A DNA stretch of 64,000 bases from Lytechinus pictus. Its lineage: Eukaryota. Shown here one piece after another: positions 1-12,400 of this stretch (positions are counted from its first letter, which is position 1; the number at the start of each line of letters is the position of its first letter). The stretch covers positions 17,486,001 through 17,550,000 of the forward strand of contig NC_087251.1 of the NCBI RefSeq assembly GCF_037042905.1, given 5' to 3'. The translations under genes were made by a program, and so were the position numbers. Under the pieces are notes generated by a model. The model was not told the DNA's origin, made no database searches, and saw only the letters and a list, made by a program, of their open reading frames with translations.

Positions 1-402
1 TGTCATTATTTTTCCTTTTACCGTTTAAAATCAATTAATTTCACCTTGTTTATGGTCAAAATATAGTCCCTGACTATTTCCATTGAAAAAACAATAAAAA
101 TCATAAGAAAATAAATGTGATGTTGAAATTTTTTTAAATGAACATTTGATCAGATTCCTATAAAGAGTCTGTGATCCAAAAATGAGCATTTTGGGGGCAT
201 TATTTAGTTAATTAGAGCAAACTTTTGATTTTACGCATAAATTAGCAATGAGATTTATGCAAAATTTGATTTATAGTTTTTAGATTATGCCAAGGGTAAT
301 GCACGTGCCAATTTTCGTTGTGATCCCGCAATCGACGGCCCAGATCATAAGGGGGCCCCCTCGGTCTTCTTAGGAAACGAAATAGCCCAGTCTATTTAGG
401 TT
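1..402. mobile_element. Right end of a piggyBac-like (TTAA/CCCT) MITE, related to 50461-51207
   Basis: Shares GTGCCAATTTTCG...CGCAATCGACGGCC.AGATC.TAAGG with about 51110-51160. Confidence 0.6.
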
Positions 403-1340
403 ACCGGTAATGGTTTTTGTACTTTTTTATATTTATGTACAAATTTTCTAGACTTTTTTTTATTACTAATGGAAATTTTTGGCAATAATTTTCCAATCAT
501 TAACAATAAGTAAAAAATAATGATACAGATACAAATTTTGGCAAGAACTCACATTGGGTTTATACATGAAATCAAGTTTTTGAGCAATTTGGGATCCGAT
601 AATATGCACTTGTGGTGTATATCATAAATGCATACCCATGCATGCATCCCCAAAATAGTCTTGAACGATATGGCATGGCCCTGTTGTGTCTATGGCTTTA
701 TCATAGAAATTTTTGAGGGGGCCATTAAGGTCCCCTGGAATTGTTAGGGTTAAGGTTTGCTAGCTGATTATCTTATACTGTTTCAAGTACTTTTCTTCAT
801 CTTTACGAAACACAAAGTTTTACCTGCTTTTGTGTGTACCTCAAGAGTATGATGTCAGGTTTACAGTCTATTTGTAAAATATTATTGTGCTTGTGTAACA
901 ATTCCATTTCATTCAAGCACTTCTATTACATGTACAGTACATGTATTTGAGCTCATTTTAAATAGTGTTTCTTTCCTTGTCCAAAAAGTGATCACAACAC
1001 TCAGATATGTTTGTTAAAATGAGAATATTCTTAATGTGGATTGATGTGCACAATTGAACAGGGAGAAGAGGAACATGACATAGCAATGGAGAAAGAAAGA
1101 ATAAAGGGGGAAAGAGAAAGAGAAAGAGGAGAAAAGGAGTGGTGTTGAAAAAGAGTTTTGTTAGTTAGAAGAAAATAATACACCACTTGAAAAATAACGG
1201 TATAAAAAACAATCTAAAATCACATCCATGCAAATTTATAACACACAAGTCTATGCGGTGTTTTAAAAAAACGTGTGTTTTAAAACGCGTTTTAAAACAT
1301 GTTTTAAAACACACCGTTTAAAACGCGCCAACCCTGGATC

Positions 1341-2625
1341 TAGGTATACAGTTAAACAGCTTTAAGTTAACATGGCTTTTCAAATATTTCGATGACACTA
1401 AATCAAAATGGAAATGGATGTTTGATTATTGGTTTGGAAAATTAGGTGGAAGTTTTATTCTAAGAAATTGTAAGTGTGATCCACAATATATCCTGTCATT
1501 GAAAACGATTCCAAAGTTTTATCGTGAAATATTATATGTCTATTTTACTTTTAAATAAAAATATAATTTCAAGTGCAGAGATTTGCAAAGAATTGTTATG
1601 GTTTAACAACAATATCAGACATAATGGTAGGATGTTGTTATTTAGGAACTGGATACGGTCAAATATTTTGTTTATTGGTGATCTGGTATCTAAGAATACC
1701 TTTCTTACTGTAAATGAATTAAAAGAAAAGTTAGTCAATCTTGATGGACAATGGTTGTCAGAATATGCAGTTTGTATAATATCAGTACCAAAAATGTGGA
1801 GAGAACAACTAAAAGAAAATAACCTTGCTTTGTTTAGAAAATTTAAAAATTCAATTTTGAATGATGAGTCCTGTGTGCCATCTGTAAATACATTGCTTAA
1901 TTGTAACTCTAGAGTAAAACAAATTTATCAAGAGATGTTGCAATTAAATGTTGAAAGATCAAGGGCCGAATTATTTTGGAGAGAAATTTTGAATGAAGAA
2001 AATATGAATTCTTGGTTGTTTAAATGGACACTGAAACTCAAAAGTATTCAAGATAATACCATAGCCCATTTTAATTTCAATTTTATGTATAATTTATTAC
2101 CTACTCTCTGTAACTTAAACAAATGGAATTTAAGAAACACAGATATTTGTAGTGAGTGCAATAAGTTGAGTGATTTATTACATTTGTTTTGGTTGTGTAC
2201 AGAGGTTGATAAGTTTTGGAAATACGTCGAAGCACTCATAAGAAAATGTCAAATTCAAAATTTTCGTTTGAAGCCTCGGCATATTGTTTACGGTCTAAGA
2301 AAAGAAAAAGGAAAAGAAATTAATTTAATGTTGAATTATGCATTATATTCTATTTACAAATGTTACAAGATAACATTAGTTACAATGAAAAAGATGAAGT
2401 TTTATGATTTGAAAATTATGTTCATATATGTTCTGGAAAAAAGATATGATAATGAAAGAGGTAAACGAAAGGAAAATTTGTATATGAATATGAGCAAATG
2501 GAATTTAATACTGAATAACTTGTAAAACTTTTGTTTTGTGTACATATATATGTGTGTATATTTTTATTCAAATAAAGAAGACCAGTACTGGTTTAAAAGA
2601 AAAAAAAGAAAAAGAAAAAAAAAAA
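1341..2625 (+). mobile_element. 5'-truncated non-LTR retrotransposon (L1/Tx1-like ORF2 3' end)
   Basis: ORF 1524-2525 with a C-terminal CxxC-x7-HLFWLC zinc-finger; upstream coding (FKLTWLFK...IPKFYREIL) in another frame with a frameshift near 1550; AATAAA at 2571; A-rich tail 2595-2625. Confidence 0.88.
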
Positions 2626-2664
2626 TATCCATCAACTATCTTTTAAGATAAAGCACATAATTAT

Positions 2665-3560
2665 ACAAGTGGAATGCCTCTGGCCGTCTCACCTGCATCA
2701 CGCGATTCAATATAGCAGCAGTGCTGATTTTGAAAACTACTATAACTCGCACAAGATGTTCAGTGATACTTGGTTACTCTTATTTCCACGTGTTATTAAG
2801 TAGACCAATACACTTATAGAGATATGATGGCAATTCAACAAATACCCCCAATGTGGCCAAAGTTCTTTGACCTTGATCATGTGACCTGAAACTCGCACAG
2901 GATGTTCAGTGATACTTGAGTAGTCTTATGTCCAAGTTTCAAGAGTCAGATCCATCAACTTTCAAAGTTATGATGGTAATTCAACAGATACCCCCCATTA
3001 TGGCCAAAGTTCATTGACCTTTGACCTTGGTCATGTGACCTAAAATGTGCACAGGATGTTCAGTGATACTTGATTACTCTTATGTCCAAGTTTTATGAAC
3101 TAGACCAACACACTTTCAAATTTATGGCTGTAATTCAACAAATACCCCAATTTGGCCAAAGTTCATTGACCCTAAATGACCTTTGACCTTGATCATGTGA
3201 CCAGAAACTTGCACAGGATGTGCAGTAATACTTGATTACTATTATGTCCAAGTTTCATGAATCAGATCCATAAACTTTCAAAGTTATGATGGTAATTCAA
3301 CAGATACCCCCAATTCGGCCAAAGTTCATTGACCCTAAATGACCTTTGACCTTGGTCATGTGACGTGAAACTCATGCAGGATGTTCAGTGATACTTGATT
3401 AACCTTATGTATAAGTTTCATGAACTAGGTCCATATACTTTCTAAGTTATGCTGTCATTTCAAAAACTTAACCTCAGGTTAAGATTTGGTGTTGACGCCG
3501 CCGCCGCCGTCGGAAAAGCGGCGCCTATAGTCTCACTCTGCTATGCAAGTGAGACAAAAA
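2665..3560 (+). mobile_element. Helentron-associated (HINE/pearl-like) non-autonomous element, copy 1
   Basis: Starts ACAAGTGGAATGCC; subterminal GTCTCACCTGCAT pairs with 3' ATGCARGTGAGAC; ~130-bp internal tandem repeats; (GCC)n tract; terminal hairpin then AAAAA. Confidence 0.8.
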
Positions 3561-3734
3561 CCATAATAAAATCCAAATATATAACAAGGAAAGGGTTTAA
3601 GAAGAAAAACTGAAAATAATGATAACACTGCTACAAAGAAGCTAGAAAACAAAATCAGCAAAACTGAACGCCAATGACTATGTCAAACACCAGAGGTGTT
3701 AGACCTATGTGTAACCCGATTCTATGAGATTGAT

Positions 3735-3743
3735 AAAGGATAC
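3735..3743 (-). promoter_or_regulatory. U12-type (minor spliceosome) 5' splice site, NUP210 intron 7
   Basis: Minus strand reads A|GTATCCTTT, an exact match to the U12 GT-AG donor consensus, at the point where gp210 similarity ends. Confidence 0.88.
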
Positions 3744-3872
3744 TCCTGTCTTGAAGCATGATCTGAGTGTGTCCTAAAACCAGACCTGTCACCATTGAAT
3801 TGCTTTCAGTAAGTGATGCCACTGATGCGTTTCCAAGGGCAAGCCGATACTGGGTAGAGGGCATGGTTACAA
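3744..3872 (-). CDS. NUP210: NUP210 exon 7
   Basis: 129 nt; VTMPSTQYRLALGNASVASLTESNSMVTGLVLGHTQIMLQDR; followed by GTATCCTTT. Confidence 0.9.
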
Positions 3873-6800
3873 CTGTGAATAGGAAAACCCAAAGTATGTG
3901 ATTAATCCATAATGTGAGTAGAAACCTGTTCATGCAAAGCCAGACAAATGCTCTGGAGTGAGTAGCATATGACCAAAAAGAGTCTCTGAGTATCGGTTTT
4001 CAATAACTCATCTTACAAAACCAGTATAGCGTATTCAACATACAGTTTCATTAAATTCATAACGTTTTTTTATGCAAAGAAAGATACTGCATTGGTATGA
4101 ACATAGCATGTACTGTAGAAATATCAATCAGCAAAAAATAACATCTTGGAATAGAATTGGATTTGATCTGTAATTCATTTACAGTTAGGTCCCATGAAGA
4201 TATTTGAAAAAATTGAGTGTATTGATGTAGTGACACCTGTCTATAAAAACCATCACAGGGAGAAAAGAAAGGTGTTCTTTATGGGCAGGTGGTCTTTCTG
4301 GACAGGCTGCTGTAACAATATTTCGGTGGGAATTACTATTCAACGAAACCAAACATATAGTCTTAATAGACAGGTGGTATTTCTATACAGGTGGTAACTT
4401 AATTAAAGCAGGTTTGACTGTATGGCAGTGTATCCTATTGCCGGACACCTTTATTTCAGTGCTTTAAAAATGACAACTAGAGGAAATACAATCAAGAAAA
4501 ATTCACACTTGCTATTCCAAATATTATGAAAATTATGAATATGATAAAATCATTTTATATTTACCAACCATTTTCTTTGCATCACACTTGCCGCATACCC
4601 CTCCACGAAAAACAATTATTTTCGTGCGTGACAAATTACATCATGATTCCGGACGCGCGCCAGACGGGTAAAGATTTCCTTGATTATAATGATGTAAGAG
4701 CAAATTTGTGTGATTTTTTTCTTCTTATATCATATCATGAGTAAATTCTAAGTATTATTTGCTTTTTTTTATATCGAATCTGAGCAGATGTTGGTAATAA
4801 ATTCTTGTTTGATAACTTATTTTATTTTGTCTTGTTAGCTGCATGGTCCATGGCACTTTCCAATAATAATATGCTCGCGTTCGTATCGTGAAGCTCATCA
4901 AGTTCTATCGATGCGCTGCCGATCGACGGCTCTACTCACGGTAAACCTCGCGCACGGCCATCGACAATCACCCACAATACACCACACCTCATCATTCGAT
5001 CGAAGGAGTGGACGAGATTGAAATTCGGCAAATCAGGCCCATATTTCCGTCAGAAAATATATCAATTGTTAATAGAAAACTATGTTATATGATATTTTAA
5101 GCATTTTCTGTCATTTTTAGAAATTAGGTAAAAGTTGGATTTTTCGCCTTGTTTTTGCAATCTTGTTCTATGTATTGCTCTGTGAAATTGAATTGCGGAA
5201 GTCTTACGGTACAATTTTTTTTAGAACGCAGTAATATGCGCGTCCGGAATCATAAATGTGTCCGGTAATACAATACGTGACTATACTTACTTGTTGTCTT
5301 TCCCTGTCTGATTTTCTCCACACTGTAGTAGATGTAGGCATGAACAAGGATGTAGATATCTTGAGATGGATTCAATGTAAGATGGTCAATGACGATGAGG
5401 CGTACAACACTCTGCTTCACATCCTATTATAACAATAACAAAATGAAGAAATCAGGAATGATTCACTTCCTTCTGTCAAGGAGTTTTTTTTCAAGTGGTA
5501 AAAGGGTTAATTAAATCCTGTGTGATTTATTTGAAAATATGACAGCACCCAGGGACACCACTAAAACCATGTACCTTCAAAAAAAATGATGCCCGTGGGG
5601 GGGAGGGGGGGCAGTGCTAAAATCATGACTCAACTAACCCCAGAGCTGGTGCTATAATTGTCCTTTCTTCTTTGCAGTTCATCACATTTTAAAAAAAATA
5701 TACTTGTTTCCATCATCTCCCCGGATTATTTTTCTCCTTATTTTCTCCCCTGAAAAGGACACCTGGGGCACATCTCCCCCACCCCCTGCCATTCTCAAGA
5801 TACACCTCTGGAATCATCAGCTCTGAGGATCAATCACACCAGCCAATTTCACCTTAATCAAAATTTTGGGTAACCTAGCCATCAGGACCTCTATGAGGTT
5901 CCTATCATCCTCAGCCCAACAGGTCATCTTACCTTTAACCCAGACATTCCTAATAGATTCTATCTCCTGAAGCCCAAGAGGGCATCCTACCTTGAACCTA
6001 TCCAATTTGATCTTGACCCAACCTCAGCTGACCCCAACCTTGGCTGACCCAGTCCTCAGACCCTCGTATCACCTGAAGCCCAAGAGGGCATCCTACCTTG
6101 AACCCAGCTGATTTGATCTTGACCCAACCTTGGCTGACCCAGTTCTCAGACCCTCATATCACCTGAAGCTCAGTAGGGCATCCTACCTTGGACCCAGCTG
6201 ATTTGATCTTGACCCAACCTTGGCTGACCCAGTTCTCAGACCCTCATATCACCGGAAGACCAAGAGGGCATCCTACCTTGGACCCAGCTGATTTGATCTT
6301 GACCCAACCTTGGCTGACCCAGTTCTCAGACCCTCATATCACCTGAAGACCAAGAGGGCATCCTACCTTGAACCCAGCTGATTTGATCTTGACCCAACCT
6401 TGGCTGACCCAATTCTCAGACCCTCATATCACCGGAAGCCCAAGAGGGCATCCTACCTTGAACCCAGCTGATTTGATCTTGACCCAACCTTGGCTGACCC
6501 AGTTCTCAGACCCTCATATCACCTGAAGCCCAAGAGGGCATCCTACCTTGAACCCAGCTGATTTGATCTTGACCCAACCTCAGCTGACCCAGTTCTCAGA
6601 CCCTCATATCACCTGAAGCCCATGAGGGCATCCTACCTTGAACCCAGCTTATTTGATCTTGACCCAACCTTGGCTGACCCAGTTCTCAGACCCTCATATC
6701 ACCTGAATCCCAAGAGGACATCCTACCTTCAACCCAGCTGATTTGATCTTGACCCAACCTTGGCTGGCCCATCCCTCATACCCTATCATCTGAAGCTCAA

Positions 6801-9445
6801 GAGGGCATCCCACCTTGAACCCAGCTGATTTGATCTTGACCCAACCTCAGCTGACCCCAACCTTGGCTGTCCCAGCCCTCAGACCCTATCACCTAAAGCC
6901 CAAGAGGGCATCCTACCTTGAACCCAGCTGATTTGATCTTTACTCCGACCTTAGCTGACCCAGCTCTCAGACCCTCAATGAGGATTCTATCTCCCTGTTT
7001 GCCACCAGCCTCCATGGTGGTGATATGAGCAGGTGGGTCATATGGCAAGTCTTTGAACTGAACAATTCTGCACAGAAAAAAAAGGAAATATTGATTTCAT
7101 AATTCAAACGATCTCAATAAAGCCATGGTAATAATTGCAATTAGCACCTGCAGAGTGGTTACTAGTGCTTAGTAACTTCAACTATCAATCCTTTTTCCTC
7201 TTTTTTTTATTAAAAAAATGTAATATGCAGTATTCATAAAGAAAATAATATTAAAACTAATGTTTCAAGCATGTTATTTAGGTCAAATTTACAAAATACA
7301 TAACATTATCAAGAATATAAAAAATAAAAATATTTTGATCAACCCAATTTTCTACAAACTTGGAGAGTGCATTAAACATAATTGTCATTCCTCATCAATC
7401 ATATGTAATGCAAGTTTGACAGTTTCAAGATGATGTGTAGCTGCCCCAAATTCCATACAAAAGTAATTTTCTACAACTTTCGCCAGGGAACTGAAGAATT
7501 ACACAAGTTCAAATTCTGGCCACTCCTGTAAGCCCGGTCAAAACACAGCATGCCTCATTCATATTACACGATTCACTTGAATCAAGGAGATATAACTACT
7601 TGGCAGCAAAATAAAAGGGAAAAAAATGTTATTTATTTATTAAGAAAAGAGAAGAAACAAGGAATTGATAGATTCAGACAAATCTTAATTTTATCCTTAA
7701 TTCCATCTCACTAAATAAAGTTTATTTACCTTAGAATGCTCTTAGCATCTACAGCATTGTCTGCTTCATAATCCGATAGGAGAGTCCATTCAAACTCTAA
7801 TCCTTCCAGGCTGCTAAAGGTATTGCCTAACATGAACAAAAAAAGAAACTCATAAAAATCTATATTATTTTTTTTTTTCAATAAAAAAATATATAAATCA
7901 CAGAAAGAGGTTAGAGGTTGCAATATAGAGTAAAATATAATCAAATTACCCCCCCCCCGATACAAAACCATTTATTTACAGCCATGGACTGATAAGTGAT
8001 AACACATAGTTCAATTACCAGAGGGGCAGGACCCAATGTAAAGTCCTTCTGCATCTCAACAGCTATATAAAATTAGCAATGTTACGTAATAAATTTGCAG
8101 ATATTGAATTTTTCCCTTTTTTATTCCAGAGAATAAAAGAACCTTATTTCATCACAAATAAAACAAAAATTTCAGGACGAATCGAAATTATCACATGCAA
8201 ATAGAATTTTATACAATTTAACATCTAGTTTCTTTTTTTTTAATGAAAAAGTAATAGTAATGCCTACTTCACAAAATATAATCAATACAAACCAAACTCC
8301 ATTTCTTATTAAATTTCTCATGCTGGTTGTTTCTCACAAAAAATACATTCCAAGAGCAAAATATTTCTCTGCTTTGCCTTTAGGGAGATAAAAATTTAGT
8401 TGTTTATCCTTCATCATATATCTTCTTAACATTAACAGGAAAATGGAAAGAGAAAGGTACTGTAATATATTTTACCATTACCGTATTTGCCGGCGTAAAG
8501 GCCGCACTATTTTTGGATGAAAAAATCACGCAAAGTCGGGGTGCGGCCTATACGCGGCGATAGTAAAAATTAGTGTCTTTTGAACACCGAGTAGATGGTC
8601 AAAACAGCACGTATTTGTACGTATGGGACTACAATGATGCCTTCACCAAATGGGCAGATAAAACGATACGTTTTCAGGATAAAATTATCCAAAACTACAT
8701 GTACTGCTCTAAGGAACGATTTCCAGTAACATTAAATACTTTTCCTAATCTTTCGGATAACTTACTTATCAAACTAAGTCTAATTTAGATCTACATTCGT
8801 CCCCATCGTCACCTACCGTAGACGCAATTGCGTTTGCTTCGTCTTTGCTTCTTTCTCGCATTTAATTGCAATAGTTGTTGACGCCCTCTAGTGGCAGGTA
8901 ATTGCCATTCGCAGCTGATCGCGGCGATTCCAAAATTAATTACTGGTATTGTTTATAAGATGACGGAACAACTTTGTCGGCAAAGAGTAATATTATCAGT
9001 AGTAATTTTATTTTAAGGGGATTTTCGGGTTACTATTAATCTTTGGAATTATGTAATGACATAGATTAAATATGTTTTCTTTTATATCTCCCTTACAGGT
9101 AACATTAACAGAACCTCTACACATCGTATTGAAAAATAAAATGAAATATTTACCATGCCTTTCTTGTTGCATCTTGTCTCATCAGCCAATAAATCTTAAT
9201 AAAACCTACCTTGCGAGGTGTGGCGAGGCTTGTTGATTGAAATAATGCTCTTGATGTTGATGGTATTGTGGTGGTGGTGATGATTTTAAATCATGATTTA
9301 TGGTGGTGGTGATCACGTGATGATGATGATGGTGGTGACAATGATGATATGATTATGATGTGATGATAATGATGACGATAATGAAATAAAAATATGATCA
9401 TGACGATTCGTTATGAATATTTTTTGCCATTTTTTTTTTTTGGCC

Positions 9446-9487
<42 letters not shown>

Positions 9488-12400
9488 GAGACCCAAAATC
9501 GGGGGTGCGGCCTATCCGCCGCTGCGGCCTTTACGCCGGCAAATACGGTATTCCAAATGAATTAAACATGTTGTGAGACTGTGAATACTTCATCAAATTG
9601 TTAAAATACTTTAAATAGATAGGGCTAATATTTAAGCAATTCATATTCCAGCATTAAACAAGTCCCTGGGGGTGTAACATAAACCAAGAGATCAATTCTA
9701 TGTTTACAACTGATTGTGATTTTTTTTTTACACAGTTTTCCAAAGACTCAGTTACACTTAAAGGCATGGTCCGGGCTGAAAGTGTTAATAGCTTAATAAA
9801 TAAAAAGTAGAATTCACTGAGCAAAATGCCGAAAATTTCATCAAAATCGGATAACAAATAACAAAGTTATTTAATTTTAAAGTTAAGCAATATTTTGTGA
9901 AAACAGTCATCATGAATATTCATTAGGTGGGCTGATGATGTCACATCCCCACTTGTTCTTTTGTATTTCATCATATGAAATTAGGTTTATTCAAATTTTG
10001 TCCTCCAAGAACTAGAAAATTGGATTGACAACTGATTTAGTGCATGAGATATTTATTGCTGCAACTTATTTCATTATAAGGGAGACATATTATTTACACA
10101 AGTATGAAATAATGAAAAAATTATGATTTTATGTAATAACATAAGAAAACGGAAAGTGGGGATGTGACATCATCAGCCCACCTAATGAATATTCATGACA
10201 ACTGTTTTCACAAAATATTGCTTAACTTTAAATTTCAATAACTTTATTATTTGTTATCCGAGTTTGATGAAATTTTGGGCATTTTGCTCAGTGAATTCTA
10301 CTCTATGTATTAAGATATAAATATTTTCAGCCCGGACCATCCCTTTAATCATACACTGATTATTCTCACCTTCATCATCAAGAGCTCTGACTTCAAACTC
10401 TTCTGGAGAGTCGCCTAAATACAGGATCCTTGTAGTAGTGATAATATCAATCAGTTCAATTTGATCGACTATTACATCACATCGGATTACTTGTCCACTT
10501 CCTACATCAGAAAGAACGAAAGAAACAAGATGGATTCTCCAATGCAACCTCAATCTTAGCTGAACACATTCTAACTGATCTTTTTTTTCACATACCGGTA
10601 CTTATTCAATTTTTCACATTGTAAATGATTTAAAAAAGATTGCTAATGTGTTATTATACTAACACGAGTTCACAAATTATTACTGGAAAAAATTCTATGC
10701 TACTTTGCGATAACCAAATTCATTATCCAATTGCATATACATGTAATTCAATTTCTCATTACATAGAAAAACAAATATTTCAAAATTGATTGTATTGTTA
10801 GTAGCGTAATTCAACTCCCCTAAATTCATCTGCAAACTCAACATGAATTCACATATACATTTAATTGTTACAAATTCTATGCCACTTCGCAACAACTAAG
10901 GAAATTCATCATCCAATGGCATATACTCTAATTTCTCAATTATAGCAAAAATATTTAATGTTGATTGTATTGTCAGTAGTGTATTTTTAACACACCCAAT
11001 TCCTCTGCAAACACAACACTAGTTCTCTGTGTTGGATGAGTGGACAATGCAGTTACAAGGGCTTTCTGAGAACATCCACTACCACTATCCTGATCGATAG
11101 GCTGAACAGAAGCAACATCAGCTCTCAAGGAACGCCTGTACATGTAGATAAAGAGTGCAAAATAAATTAAATTAGAATTATAAAAGCCTAGTTAGTAAAA
11201 AAAAATATTTTGAAAGATTTCATTGATTGAGTACACTTTAACTTATTTTCACAATACAGTGTAGGCTTTTATTTTCTTTTTTTTAGATCCAATTACCCCC
11301 TTCAGATCGCAGCCATGAAATGTCTAATCGCTGCAAAATTTTGCACAGACTGTAAGACACCAGAGAAGGGTGTTGCAATGTACAGAAGTTTTTTTCTTGA
11401 CAAAATTGTTTTGCATTTTAATTTATGAGATGCATACCTAAGTTTTTTTCTTTTCTTTTCCTTTCATTAGTTTTGTTTTGTGAAAAGCATTTCCAACACT
11501 ACTGCAGAACTCTCAAACTTGAATTCATTCTATTGTGATTGCTTTGTCAATTTCTTATGTGGCCATGTGTCTTGGACTCGCCCCATTTGTGTAAAATATT
11601 TACCCTACCCGTACAAAAGTAGGCCTACACTTTTTCTGAAAGAAAATTTCAAGAAGATTCTGAAAATGGCATTAAAAATGAGACAGGCTGAACTGCTGAC
11701 ATTATATGAGTGAAAATGTTCGACTTTTCAGGACAAACGTATATTTTATTTCAGATATCCATATTTTTTTCTCTTTGCCCATGACATTATTTATTTACCA
11801 GATTTTTATTGCCCATGAAATTCCCTTTCAAATGATATATAACTTTAAGGTGATTCAGTAATTTCAGCGAGGTAATTTTGATATGCAAATTTATGTTACG
11901 GTTATTTTAAATATCCAAACCGACATTTTTAAAGTTTTTACCCAAATTTTCTAATAAATCATAATTTATCAACAATCGTATGTGTATAGAGGTGTATTGT
12001 TATACCTGTTATATTGAGCAGAAAATGAGACCAAAATTAAAGGTCTAGTCCCTTGAAAACCAAAGTTGTGCATGTTTAATACCATATTTGGAAGAGTGTC
12101 AATTTTCCCGGGGCCACCAGAAATTTAACTCGTGCAACCATTATTGAAAAATGCTTAGTTTTGGTGGCCTGAATCAAGCAACCAATAATAAGTAACGCAA
12201 TTTTTCTCCCGATTTTTAACGCATTTATCAACTTTCTACAGTTCAAATTACAAGCTCGTTCTTCATGCGGCATTTTCTTTGATCGACAAACAAATACACA
12301 CACACACTAAGTTTGCATAGTCATGACAGTAGGTACCGCTATCCAGCCAGCTGGCATAACTGGCAACGCACTCAGGGAGCTGCGATACAAAATGTTGCTG

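Noticed and set aside
5985..6976. CRISPR-like regular repeat array
   Set aside because: The units are contiguous near-identical 90-mers with no unique spacers, there are no cas genes, and the context is a eukaryotic intron.
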